DNA of 64,000 bases from Octopus sinensis (GCF_006345805.1 NC_043010.1:42532001-42596000); one strand, 5' to 3'; positions 24,333-39,519 are shown, counted from the first letter of the stretch. The notes: generated by a model from the sequence alone, not told the origin. Numbers and translations are program-made.

Positions 24333-27300
24333 ACATCTGTTTCAACACACGATTTCACATCAAGAATCTTGCAAAACAAATATATAAACGTAATTTGTAT
24401 ATTTGTTTTGAAACAGTGTCACCATTTATCAAAATGAAACTCACCAAATTTCACTGGGAGACCCTTTTGCAACCCAGAATAATGTATGGACACAAGTCTT
24501 GGATCTTAGAACCTCTGCAAGTAAAACAAAGATGGTTCAAGAAACGATTTGTAAAAGATTGAAATCTGTAACAGAACAGTAGATATGGAGGAGTGTTAAG
24601 TTGAGGTACAGAAACTTTATCAGTTTGTCATGTCAAACTGGTTTCTTTTCTCCATCAATCCTTAACTTCTCTCTCTTTCGCCCTTCCTCTCACAAACTTT
24701 CTCAATCAGCTCTTATAATGTGTGTGTATGAGTGGTTCCTTCCAGAGATGGCTGCTAATACAAGGGATATAACCATCCTCTCACAACAAGGTAGGATTAG
24801 AAATTTAAATTTGGAATTTAGGAACTGCAAGGTAAAAGATGCATAGAATTGAAATATATATATATTTTTTGCTTATCTATTACAAAGTTCTTGCAATTTC
24901 TAGCTGAGTTGGGGGGGGGCATCATTTATAGCACTATTTCATTCTTTTTTTAATTTGTCAATATGATATAACCAATGGTTTATTAATTAGACATTTTAAG
25001 AGATGAGACATTTCATTAAAATTAAAGATGAAATTAATCACATAACAATTTTTAGAAAATTCATGGACAGAGTAATGACTCTTTCCAGGCTATATATATA
25101 TAAGCACTCAGTTGATTGATTATTTATAGTAAAGGAGACAATCATCTTGTTAGTAATCTATATTATATTATTTGTTTTTTTTTTGGTAATGAAATGAAAA
25201 TAAGCAAGGTACATTATTCATTTATTTAATGGAATTTCTATCTTTTAAATTGTCCCTTAATCATAGAGTTCTGAACGATCGTGTGAGGTTGCTATTTTGA
25301 TTTAGTTGGATCTCATCAGTACAAAGTGGTCAAGAATTTAGAGTCTATATAACTCAGCATTCCATTAAATTAAATCGTTAACGCTGCAGGAGAAGAAAAG
25401 CTACAGAAGGTATATAATGGAGTCCTTATTGTTTACACTTCATTAATAGTGTACACATGAGGGAGAGAAGAAAGTAAGACAGGGAGAAGGGGATATAACA
25501 GTAAACTGCATTGAAATGTTACTCAGAATAATCCAATTCACATCTTTCCTGCAAATATAACTAATGCAGTTCTTTTTTCTCTTTGCAATTAGATTGCAGT
25601 TATATTCTAAGCATTTCTCAGTTCTTCGAAGATATTTAATTCTAGCCATGTACTGAAACTGCCAGTTCCAGTACAAACTGCAGTTTCAAATCTCAATTAA
25701 GAGATTTTTTAGACAACCAGTTATGACATTCAAAAACTGGAACAATACGTCCACCAAAATGTATTATCTTTACTTTCAGATAAAAAAAATTAAGCTTATA
25801 GAAAGATAAAACAACTAGTGACATCTGACTCAGTAGGAATAGTTTTCCTTGATGCTTCTAGTGGAAGAGTTAAAACATTTCAATCAACCTACTGGCAATG
25901 ACCTCTTTTTACACGTGCCAGTAGCACCTGTGCCAGTGGCACATGTAAAAAGATTCGAGCGAGGTCATTGCCAGTACCGCCTGACTGGCCCCACTGCCGG
26001 TGGCACGTAAAAAGCACCCACTACACTCTCGGAGTGGTTGGCATTAGGAAGGGCATCCAGCTGTAGAAACTCTACCAAATCAAGATTGGAGCCTGGTGCA
26101 GCCATCTGGTTCGCCAGCCCTCAATCAAAATCGTCCAACCCATGCTGGCATGGAAAGCAGACGTTAAACAATGATGATGATGATGATGATGATATATGTG
26201 TGTGCATGTATTTATGCATCTGTGGTTGGTTTGTTTACATCCCCCATAATTCCACGGTTCAGTAAAAGTGACTGATAGACTAAGTTACTGAGGTTGATTA
26301 AACTGTTCAAGGTGGTGCTCTAGCATGGCCAAAGTGCGATGAGTGAAACAAGTCAAACAATAAAAGAACGAAAGAAGCATTCTTCCCCACTTCTCTTACT
26401 TTTTCTCTTTCTTACTTAACCCTTATATACTCATTTGATTGCCTCCATCTCTTGTGCCCTCTTGCCTCTACTCTTTCACTTCTTTTATCTTTTCTCTCTC
26501 TCTCTTACTTTACTATCTCTCTTCTTCCTCTCTCATTATCACAAACTCTACCTTACTGTCTCTCCTTTTGTTTTATCACCATTATATTTGAGCTGGCAGA
26601 CACGTTAGCGCGCCGGGTGAAATGCTTAGCGGTATTTCGTCTGTCGTTACGTTCTGAGTTCAAATTCCGCCGAGGCCAACTTTGCCTTTCATCCTTTCGG
26701 GGTCGATAAATAAAGTACCAGTTTCGCACTGGGGGCGATATAATCGACTCAATCCCTTCGTCTGACCTTGTTTGTCCCCTCTGTGTTTAGCCCCTTGTGG
26801 GCAGTAAAGAAATATATATTCTTTATCTCTCTATTTCACCCCATTTTCTTCTAACAAACCATGATATCTTTTTCTTGCCATCTGTCTGCCTGACTCATTC
26901 CTTCTCTCTTCTCTTGCCTTCCTGTCCTTCTCCTCTCCCTCAATTTATTCCTGACTCTCCATGCATACCAGCATGAAAACCTTCAACAGATTCAAATCTG
27001 TCTTTAAAATTTTTAAATCAATGAGAAACCTCACACAGCTGTTGACCTTCACCATTTCTTCAGTTCATGTCTTTGAAAACTTTTAGTCTTCTTTCCTTTT
27101 TTAACTCATTTCATTCATTTCTTTTCTCCTCTGCTTAATCTGTGAGCTGTGCAAATGAAACTTCTTCAAATATAATTACACATCTCAAATATTTAACTAG
27201 CTTATGCTATTTCTTATACACACTTATATTTCTTATTTTTGCTCTCTTTGATGTTGTTGCTTATTATTATTGATAATAGTAAAAGTAGTGATAGAATCGA

Positions 27301-28873
27301 TGATGAAGGGGATATCTTCTTTTTTAAAAGACTGCTGCTCTTTAATTTAAAGGATACAACATCATCATCATCATTTAGCATCCGCTTTCCATGCTAGCAG
27401 GGGTTGGATGGTTCAACTGGGGTCTGGGAAGCCAGAAGGCTGCACCAGGCCCAGTCTGATCTGGCAATGTTTCTACGGCTGGATGCCCTTCCTAACACCA
27501 ACCACTCCGTGAGTGTAGTGGGTGCTTTTTACGTGCCACCGGCACAGGTGCCAGACGGGGCAGGCAAACGGCCACGATCAGATGGTGCTTTTTACGTGCC
27601 ACTGGCACGGAGGCCAGTCGGGGCAGTGCTGGCAACGGCCAAACAATATATATCATATACTAAAGCTGCTCTTGTGCTGTGCCTGTTTGTATATGTGTAT
27701 GTGCCTGTCTAAGTTCAAGCGTGTGTGTGTACATGTGTGCGTGCATGCATATATGTGTGTGTGTGTATGAGCATACATGTGTGTATGTGTGTGTGTATGA
27801 GCGTGCATGTGTGTGTGTATGTGTTAACTACTCTTGCATCTAACAAATTTTCCCAGACTTGTCCTGTGAGTTCTACTAACCATAGAAGATAATGCAGAAT
27901 GTTCCCCATAAAAATTGAGGAGATGTTAATATTTTACCAATGTGGTCAAAGGAAAGGCTCACTGTGGAATGCTGCTCTATTTGTGGGTGGTGGGGTACTG
28001 CAGCACATGGTACTATCCAGGACCACATTCATAATAAGAGTGAGTACTCAACTAATTAGCATTGGGTTTATCACTTTAACTGCAGACATACTATTTCCTG
28101 ACTCTACCTTCATTTCTACCACCACAACAGTCACCTCTGTTCCTCAGAGAGGCTTGATCTTCTACCATCTCTAGTGTGATCTAACCAACTCATTCAGTTC
28201 TTGCACTCTTGATGTTTACATTGTGCTCCTCTTGATAGGCCCTGCACTAACTACTGTATCCAGTCCTTCTTCTGCAGAATGTTCAACCCTTGAAATCCTT
28301 CTTTGCCCATGTTTTACTTCTAACTTGTCAACTTGCAGCTATCTAAGAGCCAGAGCCATGTCAATCTCACTAGTCTTATTGGGTCCATGAAAGCTATGAG
28401 CACAGCTTTTCTTTCAGTCCAAACCACTAAAAACATGAGTGGAGGCACGTGACTTAGTGGTTAGGGTGTTGGACCCATGGTTGTAAGATGGTGGTTTCAA
28501 TTCCTGGACCTGGTGACACATTGTGTTCTTGAGCAAAACACTTCATTTCACATTGCTCCAGTCAACTCAGCTGATAAAAAGGAGTAATCCTGCGATGGAC
28601 TGGTATCCTGTTCAGGTGAGGAATAAATATACCATGGAAACCAGGAACCCAGCTCTTATGAGTTGGTATGACTAGAGAAGAAAGAAAAATCTCACTGAAA
28701 ACATGAAGGACATCTGGCCATAGAATACCTGCCTCCACAAATTCCATACAACCTATGCAAGCACGAAAAAAGTGGATGTTAAACAATGATGAATACCTTC
28801 TAAATCTAGATTGTCGACTACACCTTTCTCTTTGATATTCTCATTTTATATATTAATATATATTTATATATTA

Positions 28874-29272
28874 GGCACAGGAGTGACTGTGTGGTAAGTA
28901 GCTTGTTTACCAACCACATGGTTCTGGGTTCAGTCCCACTGCGTGGCACCTTGGGCAAGTGTCTTCTACTATAGCCTCGGGCCAACCAAAGCCTTGTGAG
29001 TGGATTTGGTAGACGGAAACTGAAAGAAGCCTATTGTATATATGTATATATATATAAGCGTGTGTATGTATGTTTGTGTGTCTGTGTTTGTTCCCCTAGC
29101 ATTGCTGGTGTGTTTATGTCCCCGTTACTTAGCAGTTCGGCAAAAGAGACCGATAGAATAAGTACTGGGCTTACAAAAGAATAAGTCCCGGGGTCGAGTT
29201 GCTCGATTAAAGGCGGTGCTCCAGCATGGCTGCAGTCAAATGACTAAAACAAGTAAAAGAGTAAAAGAGAGT
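28874..29272 (+). mobile_element. SINE family B, near full length
   Basis: Homologous to 2222-2638 along its length. Confidence 0.82.
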
Positions 29273-29727
29273 AATACACTACTACAGATGAAGGCAGTGA
29301 ACTGGCAGAATCATTAGCATGCTGGGTGGCAGACTCAGTGGCATTTCATCCAGCTTTATATTCTGAGTTCAAATTCAGCCAAGGTTGACTTTAGCTTTCA
29401 TCCTTCCAAGGTCAATAAAATAACTACCTGTTGACCACTGGGGGATGGGGGGTTAATGTAATCAGCTAACTCCCCACCCCCAAAATTGCTGACCCTGTGC
29501 CAAAATTTGAAACCAATATACTGTTACAGATGAAAAACAAAATTCTCAGGCAGTAATAGATTAAGATTATATTTTCAAATGTGTGCTAGAGGCCAGGTGT
29601 GCAGTTGATAAAACAGTGAAGAAAGTCAGGGGGTGTGAGTGTGGATAATGTGTGTTGCAAGACTGGAGTACAAAATAAGCTTCCAAGTATATATATCAGT
29701 GCAGGATTAAAGAACAAGGATGTAACA

Positions 29728-29760
<33 letters not shown>

Positions 29761-31450
29761 CATGGTGGTGGTAGTAATATTAGTAGTAGTAGTAGTATAG
29801 ATGGTAGAGGTGGTGGTGGTGGTGGTGGTGGTGGTGATGGTGTTAGTAGTAGTAGTAGTAGTAGTAGTAGAGATGGTGGTGGTGATGATAGTAGTAGTCG
29901 TAATAGTAGTAGTGGTGGTGGTGGTTGTGGTAGTGGTAGAGGTGGTGGTGGTGGTGGTGATAGTAGTAGTAGTAGTAGTAGTGTTCATCATCATAATTTT
30001 TACCATTTTTCAAAGCTGTTGTAAGACAGATTAATTTAACACTTGATATCCATACCTTCACTGCTGTGCAATATCACTCTCATTACTCAACTTTTGCCCT
30101 AAAAGAGAAGTTTCTTGTTTCTCAATAGAGGCAACAACTCTATAAACTTTCTGACTCTCGCTAAATGCATACATACATAAATAAGAAAATTCATCCTTTC
30201 TCTTAACCTCCTGTGTGCATGCAAATATTTTAGCACGGCCATAAATTGCATGAATACTGAGCAGAAGGGTGAAATGTCTTTGTTGTCCACTCTAAATCAA
30301 TTCCTAGGTATAGTCAAACAAATATATCAATACATTCTGTTCAAAGATTGTATAAATCAATGTGGAGCTGTTGAGAATTAATCAATAAGCTGCAATTTAT
30401 CAACAAAATCAGTGGTCATTTTTAAGCAACACAATATCCCTTTCAAATCCAATAACCCAAATGTTTGTCTTGTAAAGTAATCTTGAGATTATACAAAGAC
30501 AGTTTTAAGGGTAAGACAAACTGAACACAATAAGAATTAGGAAAGTTATTTGCCATCAAAGCAACCTATTGAAACATTTCTAAAAAGGCTCATTTTGCAG
30601 AAAATATTAAATCCAAAATCTGAAAATGACAGATTAACCTATTAGAAGATTAACCCATTTTAAGAAGTTCATAAAGTAATCTACTTCCTATTATTTGTAA
30701 TCCACTTCCTATAATTTGTCAAGTCATATATCATTGTTGCTGTTTGTAGTTGTCCACATACTACACTAAATTATTGTTAATATCTCCATGGTATCAGCTG
30801 CTGGCAGAATATAATATCCACAATCTTCAAATATGTGTATGTGTGCATACAGACACGCATGATTTTTAAGCACAAATGCTTCAGTAGTTGCTCATATTTA
30901 AATCACAGATCAAATATCCTTATGAAAATAAGATATCTGTCAATAAATCTTGACTGAGAAGACTACATACAATATTTTCTCACATTACATCATAAAAGAA
31001 AGAAGTAACACATGTTAAATATAATTTAACAATGATTATGCTTAAAATGGTACCACCATCACCAATTCTATTAGAAATAGTCAATGATCAGACTTTAAAG
31101 GGAAGTAAAACAATATTAATTCAAGATTGATATTATTTCTATTATTTGCTGGCCTTGTGCCAAAATTTGATACCAATATTATTTCCATTATTTCTACAAA
31201 TACAAGGAGATCGTGCTAGACATGTTTTGGTCTTATAAAACCTCTTCGCTGAAAGATAGACTTCACTGTATTTACTAACCTTATGAGGATCCCTAAATAA
31301 CTATACAACGATCTACACCAGTTGGTGAAGAAAAATAGAAACTGAGACTGAATTAATTAATTGATTTAGTTTACTATGGAAACTAAACAGGTATCACAAC
31401 CTGATGAATAAATTTTAATGACAGCAGTTATACTAACTAGTAGTAAATTA

Positions 31451-31868
31451 GGATCTTTTCGGTTTGAACGGCAGTTTTTAAAAATAATTTCCATGTAACT
31501 AAACACTTTTAAACTTCATATACTGATAGAATGTGTTTATAAAACATCTTTTTCTCTTGGCTTTATTGAGAAAATTCTATAGTTTGTAAGATATTTGTTG
31601 TTTTTTTTTCTTCAATTTCTGCAATTTCAACCAATCAATGATGTCTATTTGAGGTGAAAACATTCCGTGCTGTATGAATATGTCCCTCGTTTAAGAAACA
31701 GATTGGGTTTATTTACATTTCGGAAGAAAAAAGATACCCTTCCCCCCACCCCTAACCCTAACCCTAAAACAGATTGAAATGCAATAGATCGATACTAGGG
31801 ACATAATTATGGGTGACAATTTCATATGACACCGCTAGAAAAAACTGCTGTTCAAACCAAAAAGATCT
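31451..31868. mobile_element. MITE with ~28-bp TIRs and an 8-bp TSD (Merlin-like ends, tentative)
   Basis: ggatcttttcggtttgaacggcagttttt / aaaaactgctgttcaaaccaaaaagatct; TSD gtaaatta at 31443-31450 and 31869-31876; internal (CCCTAA)3. Confidence 0.75.
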
Positions 31869-32475
31869 GTAAATTACATCAACCCTAATCATAAATTAAA
31901 TTTAGTCATATACTATAGAAATTAAAAACAAGGTAGAACCTTTCTAAGTGCCAAGTAAATAAACAAATACACACATACAGTCAACTCTATGAAAATAAAA
32001 CACCATAATTCATTACATATCAAATCTAGAAGAGAACAAACACCAAAATCACAAGTAATGCTAGATGCTATAACTAGATATTTCTGAAAAAAAAAAATTT
32101 TTGTCTATAAATTTACTTATTCACAGGGAAATGTGTCCTAAAATGAGGAACCCGAATGGCTAGTCTCAAATTTATGTCCAGTTTTTTCAAAAATACTTCA
32201 AAATAATGCAAGAGGACCTCCATGAAATTACAGATACAAGAGAGAAATCATGTTTTCATCTGATAATCAGCAGATGCCAGACAGGACATAACAGAGTATT
32301 GGCAGATGGTTTGTGGCTGGTGGTGGTGGTGGTGGTGGCTGGTGTTAGCTTTAGAACAGATAGCAGACATGACAGAAAGTGAGAGAATTAAGCTTTAGAA
32401 CAAATAATGGTCATGATGGAATGTGACGGTGGTGGCTTTAGAGTAGATACCAGGTAAGACTATTTGATAATGGCA

Positions 32476-32708
32476 AAGGCGGCGAACTGGCAGAAACGTT
32501 AGCGCGCCGGGCGAAATGCGCAGCCGTATTTCGTCTGCCGTTACGTTCTGGGTTCAAATTCCGCCGAGGTCGACTTTGCCTTTCACCTTTTCGGGGTCGA
32601 TAAATTAAGTATCAGTTGCGCACTGGAGTCGATGTAATCGACTTAATCTGTTTGTCTGTCCTTGTTTGTCCCCTCTGTGTTTAGCCCCTTGTGGGTAGTA
32701 AAGAAATA
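32476..32708 (+). mobile_element. Young full-length SINE family A
   Basis: Perfect 15-bp TSD tatttgataatggca at 32461-32475 and 32709-32723. Confidence 0.92.
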
Positions 32709-34125
32709 TATTTGATAATGGCAGCATTACAATAAATAACAGACCTTGCAGAGTGTGCCAGTTGAAACTTTTACAGAAGGCAGCAAACATACCAGTATGT
32801 AACAGTGGCATGTATTTACAAGGGTAATATCATAAAAAAATTATTGCTGACCTTTGTTAGTCAAATAAAATTTCACTTCCAGATGGCATCAAGCATTAAA
32901 AAAACAATAAAATATTCAAAGAAATACAAATGAAGTTCAGAACAAGGTTTTGATAAGGAGTGAAGATAACTCAAAAGTAATCATACTGGATTAATATTAT
33001 ACAACTTTCTGAGCACAATAAAAGAATAAAGCTTTATATCAACAAATAAGGATTAATAATTTTTTTTTTTTTCATTCTTGCAAGAAATACTGCTTCCACT
33101 GTTTATATCAATGTATCTTTATCTGTGATTGTGTGTGTGGTGTGTGTGTGTTTATGCATGCATGTGCATACGAGTACTTTTTATTTGTCTTTTAGATGTG
33201 TGTGTGTGTGTGTGTGTACTGAAAAAGAAAAAAATATTTTTTAATGTATATAATTCACTTGACTCTTACTACATTTTTGCAAATGGATAGCATTTTTCTG
33301 CAAATGTAGGTTCTCCCTAAAAGACTGCATTCAGCAATTCTTGATTAGTTCTCACAACCTATTTATTTTTGTTGTCTATTTATTTTTATACAATTTTGAA
33401 GTTCCTTTTACAGTAAGTATCAAAGGATTTCCTCTTTCTTTTCTATGTTTACTTCTAGATATCTTACACTGTCATAGTTTTCCATCCCTATCATTGATAT
33501 AACATAACTACAAAGGAACAAGTTTTTACACACACATACACACACACAAGTATGGCTCTGTAGCTATGACATTTGCTTTGAAGAAACATAGTCTTCAATT
33601 CTTCCTTGCTGTGAGGCACCTTGGGCAAGTGTTTCCTACTCTAGCTTCAGGTTTCCTAATATGCATACACACATACACACACACACACACGCGCACACAC
33701 GCATACACACACATATGAAGACATATGGCCTAGTGGATAGGGTGTTACACTCACAATTGCAAGATCCCGGTTTCAATTCCTAGACCAAGTGGTGCATTGT
33801 GGTCTTAAGCAAAACACTTCATCTCACATTGCTTTGCAATCACTTCAACATTTGACTTGTGGTACACCATGCATCTGTTCAGGGATGAAGGGGTGAGCTA
33901 ATGTACAACAAAACTATTCTCAACAAACTATTTTCAAACTCTGCACTTTTAAACACAAGTATTATAATTAAAAAAATAACAAAACCCTTACTTAAGAAAC
34001 AGGTAATGCTTAATGAGAGGGGAAAAGGCCCCTGTCTTTAAAATAATGCCTTGAGAATAAGTACTCACCCTTCCCATGCTAATATGGTAAAAATGGGCAT
34101 AAAAGAATGAAAGAAAAATCAATAT

Positions 34126-34980
34126 ACAGGGTATTTGAGCTAAATTTGGAAATTTGCATAATGGAAAAATAACACAATATCCAATCTAAAAATAAATGTA
34201 TTTTTTAAAATATCGAAAAATATCAATTAGGTTTTGGCTGGGAGATAACTTTACTCAGAGTGGCTGCACTCAACTTCCACCAAGATGGTTCTGAAATCTG
34301 GCAAATGCGTTCTTCACTGTGTTGGGAAGATCTTCAAACACCTCATTGGTTTTGGCCACCAGCTTCACCTTGGTGTTGCAGGCAGAGTGGTTGGTATCTT
34401 TTTCAACCCACTGGGACTACAATCAAGGGAATTAGGAGGGCAGAAATTGGGGTTGGGGAAGTTGTAGAAATTCTCTGACAACCACATCTGACTCTTTCCA
34501 GAAGTGTAGAAGGAGCTGAATTCTACTACCACACATATAATCTCACGGCAGCAACCCTATCCTGCTAGGGTTTGACCACAGTCTCCAACAGCTTGACATA
34601 ACCATTTGAATTGAGCCTAAGGCCCTGTTCAAAGATGTGGGGATGAATTCCAGCTCACTGACACGGTCAGAATGTCTGCTGAGTCCTTTGTCATCTCTGT
34701 TGCAGCTGCCCTTGTCATGTCTTACAGCTTTTATAGTGTTCACAGAGCATTGAGCAGCAGTTATGATGTCTGCATTTTGATATTTAGCACAGATCACCAT
34801 GATGCAAGGAACTCTTTTCCAATTTCAGATGACTTCCAGTCCTCCATGTCAGCTAACTTTTTCTCAACTACAACTTCAATCTTTATGCTTTCCAACACCA
34901 TTGACAATTTATAAATACATCAAACTGTTCCTGAAAAAAAGGAGACATAAAAGGACATCAAATTTAGCACAAACACCCCA
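34126..34980 (-). mobile_element. Second maT-like Tc1/mariner relic (different subfamily)
   Basis: TIRs cagggtatttgagctaaatttg / caaatttagcacaaacacccc; minus strand encodes HTSGKSQMWLSENFYNFPNPNFCPPNSP...EKDTNHSACNTKVKL...RFQNHL. Confidence 0.7.
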
Positions 34981-34998
34981 TATGTATACACACCTATC

Positions 34999-35037
<39 letters not shown>

Positions 35038-36953
35038 CGTTATTTTCTGCCTTTTTTTGCCATATACAGCTTACAAATTCTGTTTGTTTGTGGAGACTTT
35101 TTATTAGAAGAGGAAATAGTGATCAATTTTGGCTGCTATTTCTAATATTTTCGGTATGTGGTTTTGAGCAACTTGTTGCAATTAACCCTTAATTATAATT
35201 ATTATAACCCTTACCAAATATGGTCTTTTCCATACCGATAAATCTACTAGGTGAAATTGATTAATTTTATTAAATTAATTATATTCCACCCTTTATTGCA
35301 TATATATATATATATTTACACAATATTTTGATGTATTGATACATAAATATGTGATATAGACAGTGTGGAAATAGAGAAAGATACAGAGTAAGAAAAAAAA
35401 CCTGAAAAATAAACAATGAGAAAGGGAAACAGGTGCATATATACAGGTACATAAAACAAACACATAAAAAAAAGTCCTGACGCATAAGAACATAATTTAT
35501 ATATTCTTATGTATCCAAGGCATGCATGCACTTTTGCTATATCTGTTGAACTCTTTCAGTTGAACTTGATTAATACTTAATTTTCATTTCCAGAGAAATC
35601 TATTTTCTTGACATTTGAAATAATGTTATTTAATTTTACTGAACAAAGATATTTAACAAAAATTATTTAACAAAAATATTCAACAAATTATGAAATTTAA
35701 CTCTAACTTGAAAAGTTTGTTTAGAATCTGGTCTACATCACTATTGAAGAAATAAAATGTAAATGCAAATCGAAGATTGAAATGGTAAAGTATAAAAAGG
35801 GAAGAAAATAATTCAACCCAAACCATGCTAAAGTGATACTGTAGAAACCAAGGGACGACTGTATACACGTATATGGATGCTGAGCATATGACCTTTGCAG
35901 ATCCTCTGAGACTCTTGAGAAGGATGCCATTAATGTTCTAGTAAATTGTTGCAGGTCAACATTTGCACAAAAGACATGGATGGGAAGGAGATTCCACCAG
36001 TTTTATAACACTTATCTCTGGCAACACATATACTTCACTCCTGAATCACCAAAAGCAACTAAATGGGTGACTAAAACCAGTCTTTTAGACCTGTTGTTGG
36101 GAAACTTAGGATACTGGGTTTTTGTTTTGTGTAGAGAATGTAAAAGAATGTAAAAGTCTAAAAGACTGGTTTTAGTCACCCATCTAGTTGTTTTTGGTGA
36201 TTCAGGAGATAAGTGTTATAAAACTGGTGGAACTCTAGTTAGAGACCTCATTTGAAGTACAATAGCTTTCAAAGAAAGAGAATGTTGTGTGTTATGGAGT
36301 TAGTTGTATTGAGCAGTGGTGACATGGCAGTGGTCAGATGCCTTGATGAGTGTAGAGATGTTTACCATTTGCTAGACGTTAGGTTCCAAGTTGAGAAAGA
36401 TATAAAGAATGATAGGAGTGTATTGGTCTGAAATGGAAAGAGATGAAACAAGTTAGTACTAAGAATAGAGAATAAAAAACGGTTCAGAGGGCTGTCAGCA
36501 GGCAGAATCATTAGCACATGAGACTTAATGCTTAGCAGCATTTCCCATCTTTATGTTCTGAGTTCAAATTCTGCCAAGGTCAACTTTGCCTTTCATCCTT
36601 TTGGGGTTGATAAAATAAGTACCATTTGAGCACTGGGTCGATATAATCAACTTAACTCCCCACACTTGAACTTGGTGGCCTGGTACCAAAATTTGACATC
36701 AATATGAAAGAATTCTGATTCTGCACTGATAGCATTGGTGTAAGATATGTGTGAGAGCCATGATGAGCTGTAAGCATTGACATTATCAAAGATGGTAACT
36801 TTGAAGAGAGGAGAATTGAGATATATATTCTCAATACAGGAGGTTCTATGACCAAAGAGTCTGCATCAAAGAGCCTGAGCCTATTTATATACATACATTT
36901 GTGTGTGTGTGTGCGCATGCGTGTGCATGTGTGTGTGTGTGCACATGCGTGTG

Positions 36954-36989
<36 letters not shown>

Positions 36990-37152
36990 GAAGCATAGAC
37001 ATGGCTATGTAGTAAGCAGCTTGCTTCCCAACCACATGGTTCTGGGTTCAGTCCCACATTGTGGTACCTTGGGCAAGTGTCTTCTGCTATGGTTTTGAGC
37101 CAACAAAAGCCTTGTAACTGGATATGGTAGACAGAAACTGGAAAAAGCCTGT

Positions 37153-37192
<40 letters not shown>

Positions 37193-38270
37193 ATATATAT
37201 ATATATATATTATATATATATATATATATATTATATATAGTTTAATTTACAAAAAATAAAAGACAAAGACAGGTGAAGAAACAACAAGCAGATGTATTAG
37301 TTTAACGTTTGGGAAGAATGGAAAAGTATTCACTATTTATATATGATATAAATGAGCAACAGTAGAGGTCACAAGATCACTCCTTGAAAGTTTTTTTTTG
37401 TCTTGCAAATACTTGGTGACCCTATCAGTGCAAGTGCCACTTAAAAGCAACCATTCCACACTGTAAAGTGGTCGGAGTTCAGAAGGGCATCCAACTGTAA
37501 AAACCTTGCCAAAACTGACCTCACCTGTGTTTGTGCCCCATATATAGCACTAAGTCCACTCTGCTGAGTTGTTGGTGTTAGGAAGGGCATCCAGCTGTAA
37601 AAATCCTGCCAAAACAGTTACAGAAGTCTGGTGCAGGCTTCTAAGGCAGATATTAAACAATGTTGATGATGATGATGATGATGATATATAGACAGACAGA
37701 GAGACAGAGACAGGAACAGAGAGACAGAGAGAGATGGTGATGAGCTTCTTTTAGTTTACATCTAACATAATAGAAGACACCTGCCCAACATGCCATGGAG
37801 TGGGACTGAACCCCGAAACCAGCAATCCGTTTGGGAAGCAAACTTCTTAATCACACACCCATATCTATGTATATGAGTGTAGGGGGGGGGGGCACGCATC
37901 TACTCACATAGAAATACAAATATATACTTGCATACAAACACAAATGTATACTTATATAAATTTATAGTTATATATAGATAAATGCATACATGTAAATATA
38001 TATACATATGCTTTATATATGTAAAGATGCATGCATATATGTATTTCTGTATATATGTATGAAGGTATGTATGTATGTATGTATATGTGTACATAAGTAT
38101 ATGCGGGTGTGTGTGTATATGTTTGTATATATGTATTTATATATCAATATATATATGTATGTATATCTGTCAGTGTATATATGCTTGTATGTTTGTATTT
38201 ATTTATTGATTGATTGATCGACTGATTGATTGATTAATTGATTGATTGACAGGCAGACAGACAAACAGAC

Positions 38271-38320
<50 letters not shown>

Positions 38321-39519
38321 ATAGATTATGCACACATATACATACGTGCAATGTATATTTTCACAGAAATATGTTTGAATTTATATTAATGAGAACATAG
38401 AATTAATGTTTCAAAATATTTCCTTTAACATTCACAAAAATATTCCCTTTTCAAAGCAAAGAATCCCGCCAACTTTGAGAATGTTTTATTGACGCTAGTA
38501 TACAATTACCACTTGCTGTTTGTGCATGACTGAACAAGAAGGCACTGCATCATTGCGTCTGCCAAGCTTACAAATCGATTCTTAACCATTGATTGAGAGT
38601 TTTAGGCAATTTTCTCTTGACTCACTTTTTGTAACAAGCATCACACACATACCAAAAACCAGTGCTGGAACTCTTTGGAAAATGAAACCTTTCTCTGTAT
38701 GAGATGGAACATGTTACTCACTGATTCGCAAACATATTTGTGTGTGTGTGTGTGTGTGCATGCGTGTGTGTGTGTGTGCATGCGTGTGTGTGTATGTGTG
38801 TGTATCTACTTGAGTATATGTCAATATGTGGTGTGTTAAGTAAAACTAAAATTGGATAAGAATGATGTTAGATTAATGTAAATGGAATTTTTTTTCTTTA
38901 ATTTTTTTCTTTTTTTCCTTGTAAAAAATATTCTAAAAAAATTGCAAGATGTATATTTCTGCTATCACTGAGTCAGGTTGGTGCCACTTTAGACAATATT
39001 CACAGCAATACAGTATGGTAGACTTTTCTAATTTGAACCCATTCTGTGCAGGTTTTATAGGGCCCTCGCCATATGACATAATCATTTATCTGCACTCGTA
39101 TGTGCCTGAGGTACATTATTTGAGGAACACTGATAGTTACTTATGCATGCAAGTCTCCCCTCTCAGTATGACCAATGTTTATCTAAGGACCAGGCTGTTA
39201 ACTTGAGGCAATGCAGCTTGGCACCAGAATTATCACATGCATTCCTGATGGAGCACAAAGAACCAGATCCAATACTTCAAACATATTTCACCATCCTCTC
39301 TAATAGTTCTGCCAATCTATCATCTTGGATTGGTATTTTTTTTTATCAATCCAAAAAGGATGAAAAGCAGAATTGACCCCAGTAGGATTTGGACTTAGTG
39401 TGCAGAAAGTTGGAATAAATGTTGCAAGGAACACACTCAAATGGTCTAATGACTCTACCAATTCCTCACCTTCATCCTGATGATATCGAAGCAGAATATA
39501 ACATCAACAAATAATGGTG

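Noticed and set aside
25380-25890. Coding-like composition with a TGTGS motif
   Set aside because: There are stops in all frames and no recognisable family; it cannot be supported without a search.
32440-32460. CAG|GTAAG recursive-splice-like motif (also near 28615 and 50088)
   Set aside because: There is no polypyrimidine tract, or the site lies inside a SINE; such motifs are frequent by chance.
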